From the NCBI GenBank assembly GCA_963734495.1, contig CAVTHK010000005.1, positions 128,001-192,000 on the forward strand: a stretch of DNA of 64,000 bases, read 5' to 3'. How positions within the stretch are numbered: position 1 is the stretch's first letter; each line of letters begins with the position of its first letter. The DNA comes from an uncultured Spirochaetota bacterium (GTDB lineage: Bacteria > Spirochaetota > Spirochaetia > SZUA-6 > CAVTHK01). This document shows positions 19,779-30,084 of this stretch, in pieces. The notes beneath the pieces were generated by a model. That model did no database searches and had not been told where the DNA came from. It saw only the letters and a program-made list of their open reading frames with translations. The translations under genes were made by a program, and so were the position numbers.

Positions 19779-22492
19779 CTACGTCGCCGCGGCGCGGAGC
19801 TCGGCCTCGATCCGCGCCACCCGCGACGCATCGACGGGGCCGCGGGCCTCGGCCTCGAAACGGTCCCTCACGTACCATCCCGTCGTGTCGATCACCGCGC
19901 CGCGCACGTCGCAGTCGAGCGAGGCGAGGCGCTTGGTGACGTCGTAGAGCAGCGCCGGCCTGTCCGTGCAGGACAGGTCGATCCGCAGGCCCCGCTCGCC
20001 GCTGCGCGCGACCGAGACGCTCGTCTCGCGGGCAAACGCGGCCGGGGGCCGGCGGCCGGGCTCTCTGAGGCTTCGCTCGATCTCGGTGACGACCCGGTCG
20101 AGCTCGGCCGGCCGAGCGATGTAGGCCTCGAAGGAGCGCCTGAGGTCGTCGATCCACTGCGACAGCTCCTTCTCCATGCGGCGCTCCAGGATGTCGTAGC
20201 CGTGCACGCCGGTGATCACGAACTCGTCGATCGCGGTGTCGCGGTAGGTGTGGATGTCGGCCCTGACGATGTCGGCGCCGCTCAGCAGGAGGATGCCGCT
20301 CATCAGGGCAAAGAGCCCGATCCGGTCGGGTGCGAGGATCTTCACCTTGAGGTGGTCGTTGAAGACGATGACTCTCAGGGCGAACCCCGGGCCGGACGAC
20401 CCGGCCGCGACGAGATCCGTGAAGCCCTGGTAATCGTCGACGATCTCCCTGGGCGCGTTGGTGGCGCAGTAGCGCGGCCCCAGGGCCCTGACGAAGTCGC
20501 CGACGCCGTCGTGCTGACCGGAGAGGGACGCGACAAGCTCCTCGACCCTGGCCCGCGCGTCGGCCGGGTCGGTCGGCCGGCGCGCCGCCCCGCCCCCGGC
20601 GCCCACGCCCGCGCCGCGGCCGACCGCCCTGGCCGCGCGCAGGAAGAGCGCCGCGAGCATCGTCGCCGCGTAGCCCGAGTAGGCGCGGGGGTTGGTGGCC
20701 GAGACGTCGGCGCAGGTCATCAGGTACAGGAACTCGAGGCTCTCTTCGGGGAACGGCGACAGTATGAACTCGCCCGCCAGGTGATCGATCACGCTCTGGT
20801 CGTCGGCGCCGCCCCGCCGGGCGAGATTGGAGAGCAGCAGGTGGTTCTCCACGAGGAAGACGATCATGTCCTTGAAGAGGCTTTCGGTAGGCAGGGAGCG
20901 CAGGAACCCCCTCGCCAGCTCCGCGCCGTTCTTCGCGTGGTCGCCGGGGTAGGCCTTGCCGGCATCGTGCAGCAGCAGGGCCAGCTTGACGACCCAGAGG
21001 TTGTCCCGGTACCTGGCGCACAGCTCCCCGGCGAGGCGGTGCTTCCCGGGATCGCTTTGCGGCCAGCGCGGGGAAGGCCTCGAGCGCCCGCACCGCCTCG
21101 ATGGAGTGCTGGTCCACGGTGTACTGGTGGAACGAGTTGTGGACGATCCGGTGCCTCACGAGGCGCAGGGGCCCGACATACACGTAGAGGAACCCCGAGA
21201 GCTCGAGGGCGTCCAGCGCGGCCGACGAATCGGGAAGCGAGAGGATCTCGCGGAACCTGAGGAACAGCTCCCGCGAGTCGGCGGGCAGCGCGCCGCCGGC
21301 CACGCCCGCGGCTAGCGCCCGCCGGCGGCGCCCCGGGGCGCTGCCCGCGCCGGGCGAGCTCGCGCGCCGCGCGCGCCAGCAGCGAGAGCAGCGAGCTGGA
21401 AGGCTCGGCCCGCTCCCGCGCGCACTCGAGCAGCGCGTCGAGCGCGCCGGACGACCGGGTCCGCCGCGTCGGCGGCACGCGACACGTGCAGCTTGCCATC
21501 GGCGATGAAGCAGCCCGGCGTTGCCGCCGGGCGGCGGCGCGGCGCCAGGTGCTCGAGCGTCAGGCGGTCGACCGCCTGGAGGAGCAGGACCAGGATGTCG
21601 GTGGCCTTCTCGTAGTAGCGTCGCATCAGCCGCGTCGCCTTCTCCTGGTCGTCCCCGCGGATGCCGAACGCGTCCGCCGCCAGGGGCTGGTAGCCGATGT
21701 GCAGGACGTCCTCGCGGCGGCCGGTGTGGAAGTGCAGCCGGTTCCTGTTGAACAGGACAAAGTCGTAGGCCCCGATGAGCCGCCTGAGCTCGGGGGGCTC
21801 GAAGAGCCGCGCGAGGCCGGCGCGGCCGCTCTCGCCCGCGAACGCGTAGGCGAGCCACATGAGCAGGTGGACGCTGCGCAGGCCGCCGGGGTTCGTCTTG
21901 AGGTTCGGCTCCTTGACGAGCACCTCGCCCGCGCGGTTGCGCATCACCGCGCGCAGCTCCGCGGCCCGCTCCCGCAGGAACCGCCGCCGGCTCCGCGCCA
22001 CGTCGCGCGCGAGCGCCGCGGTCATGCGCTCCGGCCGTCTCCGCGCCGCCGATGACGAGGCGGGCCGTAAAGAGCGAAGTGAGGAGATGGACGTCCTCAC
22101 GTGCGTCGGCGATGACCTCGCGGACGCTCCTCACGCTCGAGCCCAGCCGGTACCCGAGGTCCCACAAGCGTGTAGAGCAGGCCGGATATCAGCGCTGCCG
22201 TCTTCGCGTCGGGGGAGCGGGAGCCCAGCATCATCAGGTCGACGTCGGAAAACGGCGAGAGCTCGCCCCTCCCGTAGCCGCCGACCGCCATGACCGCCAG
22301 GTCCCCCGACGCGGCGAGGCCGCCCAGGCGGCCGATCACGGCGCGGATGACGGCATCCTTCCAGTCGGAAAGCCAGGTCGAGACGGCGAGCCCGCCGCCT
22401 GGCTGCCACTTCCCCAGGCTCTCGGTTGCGAGCCGCGCCGCGGCCTCCCGCTCGAGGGAGCGCACCGCGTCGACAAAACCGCCCCGCGGCAT
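19779..22492 (-). CDS. glnD: [Protein-PII] nucleotidyltransferase/removase GlnD; about 5 apparent frameshifts
   Basis: AVGGYGRGELSPFSDVDL (nucleotidyltransferase), EPNLKTNPGGLR, HQYTVDQHS, LLHDAGK (HD) and two ACT domains (DRIGLF, DRPALL) occur in the correct order across frames. Shifts are near 22167, 22040, 21455, 21330 and 21055. Confidence 0.88.
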
Positions 22493-22561
22493 CTCCCGGG
22501 GGAGAGCCGCGAGGCGATCGATGTGTTCCCGCAGCGGAAGGGCCGACGGCCGGCGCGCGGC

Positions 22562-22901
22562 CTAGATGGCCAGGTCGCCGCGCTCGCCCGTGCGCACGCG
22601 GATCGCATCCGTCCACGTCGCTGATAAAGATCTTGCCGTCGCCGATCTGGCCGGTCTTCGCGATCGAGATGATGGTCGCCGCCGCCTTCTCGATGAGGTC
22701 GTCCTTGAGGACGATCTCGACCTTGACCTTGGGGATAAAGCGGACCTCGTACTCGCGGCCGCGGAAGAGCTCCTTCATCCCCTTCTGCCGCCCGTGGCCG
22801 CGGACGTCGGTGACGTTCATGCCCGCGTGACCGATCGCCTCCAGCGCCTCGACGACGGGCTCGAGCTTCTCGGGCCTGATGATCGCTTCGATTCTCTTCA
22901 C
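22562..22901 (-). CDS. glnK: P-II nitrogen regulatory protein; apparent frameshift near 22610
   Basis: MKRIEAIIRPEKL, GHGRQKG, T-loop FRGREY (Tyr51 equivalent) and TGQIGDGKIF; the end AIRVRTGERG is in a shifted frame. Adjacent to amtB. Confidence 0.93.
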
Positions 22902-22917
22902 GGTATCCTCCCCTCCC

Positions 22918-24288
22918 TCACGCGTTCGACTCGAGCTGCTCGCCGTGCTGGCTGAGGTCGAGGCCCGAGCTCTGTTCGTCGTCGAGCGCCTTGACGCGGT
23001 TGCCCGTGATCACCTTTGTGAGAAGGTAGCAGACCACGGTGCCCACGACGGCGATCGCGACCGCGGCCACCACCGAGAGCAGCTGGATGCCGAGCTGCGC
23101 CCAGTTGCCGTACCACGCCCCCACGACGCTGTTCGCCACGGTCCCGGTCGCGAAGATGCCGGTGGCGATCGCGCCCCACATCCCGCCGAGGCCGTGAACG
23201 CTGAACACGTCGAGCGCGTCGTCGTATCTCATCCTCGACCTCACGAAGGCCATGAACGAGAACGATATGATGCTCACGACCGCGCCGATCGCAAGCGCCC
23301 CGCCGATCCCGACGTACCCGGAAGCCGGGGTGATCGCGACGAGCCCCGCCACGACTCCGGTCGAAGCCCCGACGACCGTCGGCTTCCCGTGCGAGATCCA
23401 CTCCAGGAACATCCAGGTGAGCGCGGCAAAGGCGGCCGCCGTGTTGGTGACGAGGAACGCGCTCCCCGCCACGCCGTTGGCTGCCACCGCGCTGCCGGCG
23501 TTAAAGCCGAACCAGCCGACCCACAGCAGCGCGGCGCCCACGAACACGAAGCCGATGTTGGCCGGCGGCTTGATCGGCTCCTTGCGGAACCCGAGCCTCG
23601 GGCCGAGGAGCAGGACCAGCACGAGAGCCGAGACTCCGGACGAGGTGTGGACCACCAGGCCTCCGGCAAAGTCGAGGGCGCCTTTGTTCCAGAGCCACCC
23701 TTCGGGGTTCCAGACCCAGTGCGCCAGCGGCGTGTACACGAGCAGCGACCAGAGGATGGAGAACACGAACCAGCCCCCGAAGGTCATCCGCTCGACGATC
23801 GCCCCCGAGATCAGCGCGACGGTGATGACGGCGAACATCATCTGGAACATGGAGTACACGCTTTCAGGGACGGTCGCCGCGTTGGGGTGCACGGAGGAGA
23901 CCCCGATCCCGTTGAGCATGGCGTATGTGAGGTCTCCGATCCAGGCCCGCACCCCGGCCTCGTGCGCCGGGTCGGGCGACGTCACGCCGAAGATCAGGCT
24001 GTACATTCCGATCACCCACAGGAGGCTCACGATGATGGCCGAGGCGAAGCTGTAGTAGATCGTCGAGAGCACGTTCTTCTTTCGCACGAGGCCGCCGTAG
24101 AACAGCGCCAGGGCCGGCACCGTCATCAGGAGCACGAGCGCCGCGGAGGTGAGGACCCAGGCCGTGTCCCCCGCGTTGATCGCCGCGGGAGCGGCTGCCT
24201 GGGCGGACGCTCCCATGGGGAGGAAGGCCAGGAACAGAGCCACGACCGGCAGGGCCGCGGCCCGCCGCAGATGGGACGGTCGTTTCAT
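22918..24288 (-). CDS. amtB: Ammonium transporter
   Basis: GDTAWVL, FYGGLVRKKNVL, FQMMFA, DFAGGLVVH, WFGFNAGS and DDALDVFSVHG motifs. Confidence 0.97.
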   Translation of the reverse strand: MKRPSHLRRAAALPVVALFLAFLPMGASAQAAAPAAINAGDTAWVLTSAALVLLMTVPALALFYGGLVRKKNVLSTIYYSFASAIIVSLLWVIGMYSLIFGVTSPDPAHEAGVRAWIGDLTYAMLNGIGVSSVHPNAATVPESVYSMFQMMFAVITVALISGAIVERMTFGGWFVFSILWSLLVYTPLAHWVWNPEGWLWNKGALDFAGGLVVHTSSGVSALVLVLLLGPRLGFRKEPIKPPANIGFVFVGAALLWVGWFGFNAGSAVAANGVAGSAFLVTNTAAAFAALTWMFLEWISHGKPTVVGASTGVVAGLVAITPASGYVGIGGALAIGAVVSIISFSFMAFVRSRMRYDDALDVFSVHGLGGMWGAIATGIFATGTVANSVVGAWYGNWAQLGIQLLSVVAAVAIAVVGTVVCYLLTKVITGNRVKALDDEQSSGLDLSQHGEQLESNA

Positions 24289-24323
24289 GACTACTCCTTG
24301 GTTCATGTGATGCGTCCTTGAAT

Positions 24324-24339
24324 AGCAGGAATTGTGCCA
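24324..24339 (-). promoter_or_regulatory. Sigma54 (-24/-12) promoter of amtB-glnK-glnD
   Basis: Minus strand TGGCAC-AATTC-CTGCT versus consensus TGGCAC-N5-TTGCW, 35 nt upstream of the amtB ATG. Confidence 0.8.
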
Positions 24340-24511
24340 TTCATGGGAAGGGCAAAATTGAAGGGGCCCGTATCGCCGTTATCTGTCTTTCCCGGAGACG
24401 ATTAGCAGAATCGGAGCAGCGACGGCGCCCGGCCGCCGGGAAGATCGCCGCGAGCAGCGAGCCCACCGCCGCGTGGGAAGCAAAAGGGCGAGCTACGTCT
24501 TTGTAGCCTCT

Positions 24512-25810
24512 TCAGGCGCGCGGGTGAGCCATCGCCCGGCTCATGCGGTGCTCGCGGACGGTAGGCGACGCGAAGAAGACGATCACCGCGATCGCCGCGG
24601 CCGCGCTGCAGAGGACGAGCGTGACGGCGCGCGGGCCCGCGAGGTCGGCGCCCGCCCCCGCGATCACCGCGCCGACCGGCGACAGGCCCGCGTTCAGGGT
24701 CACGATGCCCATCACGCGGCCGCGCATCTCGTCGGGGATCGAGAGCTGCAGCAGCGTCTGGTTCGTCGTGAGGTAGATCATCTCGAAAAAGCCCGCGAGC
24801 GCGAGCAGCGGCAGCGCGGCGACGAGCTCCGTGGCGAACGAGAACGCGATGAGGGAGAGGCTCACCAGCAGGAGCGCCGCGAGCTGGATCATGCCGCGGC
24901 GCTCGAACCGGTCGAGCGACGCGCTGACGAGACCGCCGACGATCCCGCCGACCCCCACCGCCGACATCAGCACCCCGAGCACCTCGGGGCCGCCGTCGAA
25001 GACCACCTTGGCGTAGATCGGGGGGAGCGCCGAAAAGTTCGGGATGATGAAGAGGGGGAGGATCCATCCCATCAGGACAAAGGCCCGCGTGCCGCGGTGC
25101 GCCACCACGTGGCGCAGCCCGTCGCGGAGGCCGCCGCGCACGGCGGCCGCGCGCGCGTCGCCCGCCGACCGCGGCGGAAAGCTGATCCGCACGATCGTCG
25201 CCGCGATCAGCGCGTAGGCCGCGGCCTGCACGAGAAAGTTGCCGCCGGGCCCGAACCAGAGGATGAGGAAGCCGCCGAGGCCCGGCCCGAGCGAGCGCAT
25301 CACGGCCCACCCCGTCTGCACCAGCGCCACGGCGTTAGGCGCCAGGGCGCGCGGCACGAGCGAGAACACCATGGTCTGCCGCAGCGGCATGTCCACGGCC
25401 TGCGCGAGCCCGCCGAGGAACGAGAAGGCGAACAGCCACCAGATGTCGATCCGCCCGCGGAGGATGAGGAGCCCGAAGCCCAGGCTGAGCGCGAGGAGCC
25501 AGCCGTTGACGGCGACCATCAGGGGACGGCGCGAGACGCGGTCGATGGCGAGGCCCGCCGCGGGCGCGAGGCCGACCGTCGCGGCGGAGCGGACCAGGTT
25601 GACCGAGCCGAGCATCGTCCCCGAAGCGGTGATGTCATAGACGAGCCAGCTGAGCGTGACCTGCTGGATCCACTGGGCCGCGTTGGAGAGCGTCGTGCCG
25701 GTGAGGAGCAGGCGGAAATCGCGCAGGCCGAGGGACGCGAACGTCCGGCCCCGTTCGGCCGGCGCCGTGGCCGCCGAGCCCTCCGCTGCCTCCCGCGTCG
25801 TGATGCGCAC
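24512..25810 (-). CDS. MFS transporter (MFS_3/DHA3-like)
   Basis: TFASLGLRDFRLL, AGLAIDRVSRR, MPLRQTM and IPDEMRGRVMG motifs; about 12 TM helices. Confidence 0.9.
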   Translation of the reverse strand: MRITTREAAEGSAATAPAERGRTFASLGLRDFRLLLTGTTLSNAAQWIQQVTLSWLVYDITASGTMLGSVNLVRSAATVGLAPAAGLAIDRVSRRPLMVAVNGWLLALSLGFGLLILRGRIDIWWLFAFSFLGGLAQAVDMPLRQTMVFSLVPRALAPNAVALVQTGWAVMRSLGPGLGGFLILWFGPGGNFLVQAAAYALIAATIVRISFPPRSAGDARAAAVRGGLRDGLRHVVAHRGTRAFVLMGWILPLFIIPNFSALPPIYAKVVFDGGPEVLGVLMSAVGVGGIVGGLVSASLDRFERRGMIQLAALLLVSLSLIAFSFATELVAALPLLALAGFFEMIYLTTNQTLLQLSIPDEMRGRVMGIVTLNAGLSPVGAVIAGAGADLAGPRAVTLVLCSAAAAIAVIVFFASPTVREHRMSRAMAHPRA

Positions 25811-25959
25811 GCTAGTTGCCTTTCGGACCTCAGCGCGAAGCCTATACCGGACCGCCGGCACGCTCAAGGCACGCCGGGGCGATCGCGGCCGGGGATGCAC
25901 GAACGCCTTCAACTGGTTTATGCTCACGAACAACCGGCGCCGCCGGGGAAAGGAAACTC

Positions 25960-26700
25960 ATGATCGTCACTCCGGACATCGAACGACCCGCCAGGGACCT
26001 GGTGGAGGGCCTCTCGCACGTCGGCAGCGCGACCACGAGCGGCGAGCTGAGCCGGCTCGGGATCAGGGACCCGCACCTGCGCGGCCTCGTGGCGTGGACG
26101 CCGGGCAAGGCGGTGGTCGGACCCGCGCTGACGCTGCAGTTCATGCCGAAGCGGGAGGACCAGTACGGGCAGGACGAGTACGCGGACCCCGAGAGGCAGC
26201 TCCACCGTCACGCCCTCTACCACACGCAGCCCGGCGACATCATCGTCGTCGACGCGAGGGGCCACATGGGCAGCGGCGTCTTCGGCGACATGATGCTCAC
26301 CTACTTCAAGGGCCGCGGGGGGATCGCCGCGGTCGTCGACGGCTGCATCCGGGACTACCCGCGCGTCAAGAGGCTCGGGCTCGGGCTCTGGCTGCGCGGC
26401 GTGACCCCGAACTTCCACACGCAGACGGACCTCATGCCTTTTGCCGTGAACGTGCCCATCGCTTGCGGCGACACCCTCGTCATGCCCGGCGACCTCATCG
26501 TCGCGGACGAGGACGGCGCGGTGGTGGTCCCCATCAAGCTCGCTCCCCAGATCCTGGAGAAGGCGAGCACGCACGCGGAGTGGGAGGAGTTCTCGCGCAT
26601 GAGGCTCGGCGAGGGCGGCGACCTGCGCAGGTACTACCCGCTCTCCGACGCGGCGCGGCCGGAATACGAGGAGTGGAAAAAGAAGGCTCAGGGCCGGTAG
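25960..26700 (+). CDS. RraA-like / HMG-CHA aldolase family protein
   Basis: VVGPALTLQF, PGDIIVVDARG, GVFGDMM, DGCIRD and PGDLIVADEDG motifs. Confidence 0.88.
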   Translation: MIVTPDIERPARDLVEGLSHVGSATTSGELSRLGIRDPHLRGLVAWTPGKAVVGPALTLQFMPKREDQYGQDEYADPERQLHRHALYHTQPGDIIVVDARGHMGSGVFGDMMLTYFKGRGGIAAVVDGCIRDYPRVKRLGLGLWLRGVTPNFHTQTDLMPFAVNVPIACGDTLVMPGDLIVADEDGAVVVPIKLAPQILEKASTHAEWEEFSRMRLGEGGDLRRYYPLSDAARPEYEEWKKKAQGR

Positions 26701-26705
26701 AGCGC

Positions 26706-28346
26706 TCACTCACCCAGGCGGACCACGCGGTCCGCGACGGCGAGGTCCCGGCTGCGGTGGCTGATGACGACGAGCGTGCGGCCCCGCAGCCGTCTTTCGA
26801 CCGCGGCGAGGAGCCTGTCCGCCGCCCCGTCGTCAAGCCCCTCGGTCGGCTCGTCGAGGATGCAGATCGGCGCGTTCCTGAGCAGCGCGCGGGCCACGGC
26901 GATGCGCCGGACCTGGCCCGCCGACATCTCGGCGCCGCGCTCGCCCACGAGCGTGGCGAGGCCTTCGGGAAGCCCCCGCGCGAAATCAGCGAGCTGCGCG
27001 GTCTCCAGCGCGGACCAGAGCTCCTCGTCGGGCGCTGGGGCCGCGATCAGCAGGTTGTCCCGTATGCTCGCGTGGAACAGCCAGGGCGTCTGCGGCACGA
27101 CCGAGAAATGCCCGCGCGCGTCGTCGGAGAGCAACGAGCGAAGCTCGCGCCCGCCGATCCTGATGCTGCCCCGCTGGTAGTCCCAGAAGCGCAGCAGGAC
27201 TCCGACGAGCGAGCTCTTCCCCGCTCCCGTCGGTCCGACCACGGCGAGGCGGCTTGCCGCCGGCGCGTCGAGCGACAGGCCGCGGAGGACCCAGGGCAGC
27301 TCAGGGGCGTAGCGGAACCACAGGTCCCGGATCTCGAGTCCCGCGGCCGGCGCGACTCGCCCTCCGCCCCGCGGCTCCGCGACGGCGGGCTCCCGGTCGA
27401 TGATCTCGAACAGCCGCCGGGCCGCTGCGGCCGTTTCCCCCGACCTCTGGATGACGGACGGGAGCGGCATGATCGTCTCGAAGCTCGCCAGCACGAACAC
27501 CGTGAGCATCGCCATCGCGGCGGGCTCAAGCCCGCGCTCGACCGCGCCCGCCAGCAGCAGGGCCGCGGCCCACGCCGCGAGAGAGCCCGCAGCGACGATC
27601 CCCGCGTCGCCGGCGCCCTGCAGCGACGCGAGGCGGCGCTGCGCGCCGTCCAGGTCCCGGCCGGCGGCAGCGAGGAGGCCTTCGTGGGCGTCCGCGGCGC
27701 CGAGCGCGGTCAGCTCCGCCATCCCCTGGACCCCCTCGACGATCGAGGCGCGCAGGTCCGCGGCGCATGCGACCCGCCGCGCTCCCGGCCGCGCCGCGAG
27801 GCGCTGCAGGACGGCCGGCAGCAGGACCCCGCTCGCCGCGAGCGCGGCGAGATCGATCGCCGCGAGCCGGGCATCGAAGCGCAGGAGGAAGGCCGCGATG
27901 CACGCCGCGGCGAGCAGCGCGACCGCCGAGGGGACGACCCCGCGCACGTAGAAGTCGTCCAGCGTGTCGACGTCGGCGCGGAGGCGGCTCAGCAGGTCGC
28001 CCGCGCGGTGCCGCGAGAGCGCGGCCGGGGCGAGCGGCACCAGGCGCTCGTAGAACCAGGCTTTCAGATCGGAGAGGATCCTGAGCGTGGTCTCGTGGTT
28101 GACGAGACGCTCGGCGTACCGGCCCGCCGCGCGCGCGAGAGCGAGGGCGCGCACCCCGGCCGCGGGCAGCGCGTAAGCCACGACGATCCCCGTGGATCCC
28201 GCGATCGCCATGGTCGCGATGAACCAGCTCGAAAGCGCGAGCAGCCCGATGTTCGCGAGCAGCGTGAGCAGCGACAGGGCGACGCCCAGGAGCACCCAGC
28301 GCCAGCGGGCGAGGACGAGGAGCGCGAGGCGAAGGAGGTCCTTCAC
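26706..28346 (-). CDS. cydC: Thiol-reductant/heme ABC exporter subunit CydC
   Basis: GLLALSSWFI, RYAERLVNHE and GDLLSRLRADVDTLD motifs; Walker A GPTGAGKS; LDEPTEGLD. Confidence 0.95.
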   Translation of the reverse strand: MKDLLRLALLVLARWRWVLLGVALSLLTLLANIGLLALSSWFIATMAIAGSTGIVVAYALPAAGVRALALARAAGRYAERLVNHETTLRILSDLKAWFYERLVPLAPAALSRHRAGDLLSRLRADVDTLDDFYVRGVVPSAVALLAAACIAAFLLRFDARLAAIDLAALAASGVLLPAVLQRLAARPGARRVACAADLRASIVEGVQGMAELTALGAADAHEGLLAAAGRDLDGAQRRLASLQGAGDAGIVAAGSLAAWAAALLLAGAVERGLEPAAMAMLTVFVLASFETIMPLPSVIQRSGETAAAARRLFEIIDREPAVAEPRGGGRVAPAAGLEIRDLWFRYAPELPWVLRGLSLDAPAASRLAVVGPTGAGKSSLVGVLLRFWDYQRGSIRIGGRELRSLLSDDARGHFSVVPQTPWLFHASIRDNLLIAAPAPDEELWSALETAQLADFARGLPEGLATLVGERGAEMSAGQVRRIAVARALLRNAPICILDEPTEGLDDGAADRLLAAVERRLRGRTLVVISHRSRDLAVADRVVRLGE

Positions 28347-30004
28347 GTCGCCTCCCTCACCCGGCCGCCTTCCAGCAGCAGGATCCGGTCCGCCGCCTCC
28401 GCGGTGGCGGACCGGTGCGTCGCGACGATCACCGTGCGGCCCTCGGAGAGCCTGCGGATGCCGCGGCCGACCAGGCGCGCGCTCTCGGCGTCCAGATGCG
28501 CCGTCGGCTCATCGAGCAGCACCAGGTCGGGCGACCGCAGGAACAGCCTTGCCAGCGCCACGCGCTGGACCTGGCCCGCCGACAGTCCCTGTCCGCCCTC
28601 GCCGACGCGCGTCTCGAGGCGCGAGGGCAGCCCTGCGGCGATCTCGTCGACGCCTGCCAGGCGCGCCGCCTCCTCGACCTCGCGATCGCTCGCGGAGAGG
28701 CGGCCGAGGCGGATGTTCTCGCGGAGCGTGCCGTGGAAGAGGGTCGGCGCCTGCGGGAGCCACGCCACCCGCTCGAGCCACCGGGCGCGGTCGAGGGCCG
28801 CCAGCGGGAGAGCGTCGATCATGACCGCGCCCTCCTGAGGGGACACGAAGCCGAGCAGCAGGCTCAAGATCGTCGACTTGCCGGCCCCGCTCGGGCCGCA
28901 CAAGGCGACGTGCTCGCCCGCGTCCACGGCGAACGCGGCCCCGTCGAGCACCGTTCCCCTCGCGGTGGAGAACGACACGCGGTCGAACACAACCCTGGGC
29001 GCGCCCGGCGGCTGCGGCCGGCCCGCCGGCGCGACCGCGTGAACGGGCCGCGGAGCCGCGCCGCCGGCTTCGAGCAGGTTCCGGATGTGCTCGGCCGCGC
29101 TCGCCGCCTCCATGCGCGAATGGTAAAGAGCGCCCAGCGAGCGGAGCGTCAGGAAGTACTCCGGCGCGGCCAGCAGGACGAAGTAGCCCGGCGCGAACCG
29201 CATGGAGCCGGCGAGCAGGCGCAGCCCGCACGCCACGGCGACGACGGCGATGCTGACCGTGGAGATCAGCTCGAGCATGAACGAGGAGACAAAGGCGATC
29301 CTGAGGGCGGACATCGCGGTCCTCCGGTACTCGTCGGAGCTCCGCGCGATCTCCGCGGCCTCGCGCCTGGCCGCGCCGAACATTTTGAGGGTTGGCAGGC
29401 CCTGAAGGGCGTCGAGAAAGCGGCCGCTCATGTCCGCGAGCCTGGCCCAGACGCGCCGGTAGCGCGCGTGCGATTCCTCGCCGACGACGATCATGCTGAG
29501 CGGCAGGAAGACCGCCGTGAGCACCAGCACGAGCCCGGACAGCCAGTCGAGGGGAAACACGACCGCGAGGATGGTAAAGGGAAGCAGCGTCGCGATGGCC
29601 CGCTGGGGCAGGTACTTCGCGTAGTAGGGCTCGAGCGCCTCGACCCCGTCGACGACGGTATTGGCGATCTCGCCCGCGTGCATGGCCGACAGCGCGACGG
29701 GGCCCAGGTCCCGAAGGTGCGCCGCCAGCTCGGCGCGCAGCGCGCGCTTCGCGCCCGACGCGCACTCGAAGGCCGCCCGCCGCGAGCCCCACGTGACCGC
29801 CGCGCGGGCGGCGACCACCGCGACGAAGGCGGCAAAGAACGGCGTCAGGACGGAGAGGCTGTCGCCCGCGAACATCACGCCGTCGCCGATGCGCACCAGG
29901 AGCCCCGTCTGCAGGATCATGAGGATCCCCGACGCCTCGCCGAGGGCGACGGCGGACACGAGCGTTCCGCGCCCGGCTCGCCGCCGAAGCCACGTGTCTT
30001 TCAT
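28343..30004 (-). CDS. cydD: Thiol-reductant/heme ABC exporter subunit CydD
   Basis: VEALEPYYAKYLPQ, FLDALQGLPTLK, LRIAFVSSFMLE and APEYF..LR.LG..YH motifs; LSAGQ signature. Confidence 0.95.
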   Translation of the reverse strand: MKDTWLRRRAGRGTLVSAVALGEASGILMILQTGLLVRIGDGVMFAGDSLSVLTPFFAAFVAVVAARAAVTWGSRRAAFECASGAKRALRAELAAHLRDLGPVALSAMHAGEIANTVVDGVEALEPYYAKYLPQRAIATLLPFTILAVVFPLDWLSGLVLVLTAVFLPLSMIVVGEESHARYRRVWARLADMSGRFLDALQGLPTLKMFGAARREAAEIARSSDEYRRTAMSALRIAFVSSFMLELISTVSIAVVAVACGLRLLAGSMRFAPGYFVLLAAPEYFLTLRSLGALYHSRMEAASAAEHIRNLLEAGGAAPRPVHAVAPAGRPQPPGAPRVVFDRVSFSTARGTVLDGAAFAVDAGEHVALCGPSGAGKSTILSLLLGFVSPQEGAVMIDALPLAALDRARWLERVAWLPQAPTLFHGTLRENIRLGRLSASDREVEEAARLAGVDEIAAGLPSRLETRVGEGGQGLSAGQVQRVALARLFLRSPDLVLLDEPTAHLDAESARLVGRGIRRLSEGRTVIVATHRSATAEAADRILLLEGGRVREAT

Positions 30005-30084
30005 CCCGGTGAACGAGTCTATCGCCGTTGGTTGACAACGGGAAGCCTGGCGTGCTACCGGAATCGAAAAACGGGGAGGCAACA

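Noticed and set aside
17706-21260. 1184-aa FadD fusion
   Set aside because: Read-through caused by the frameshift near 19468; the tail is antisense to glnD.
25656-28838. 1060-aa ORF and similar long Arg/Ala/Gly-rich ORFs such as 36655..39753
   Set aside because: Antisense or alternative-frame shadows of well-supported genes, with no recognisable motifs.
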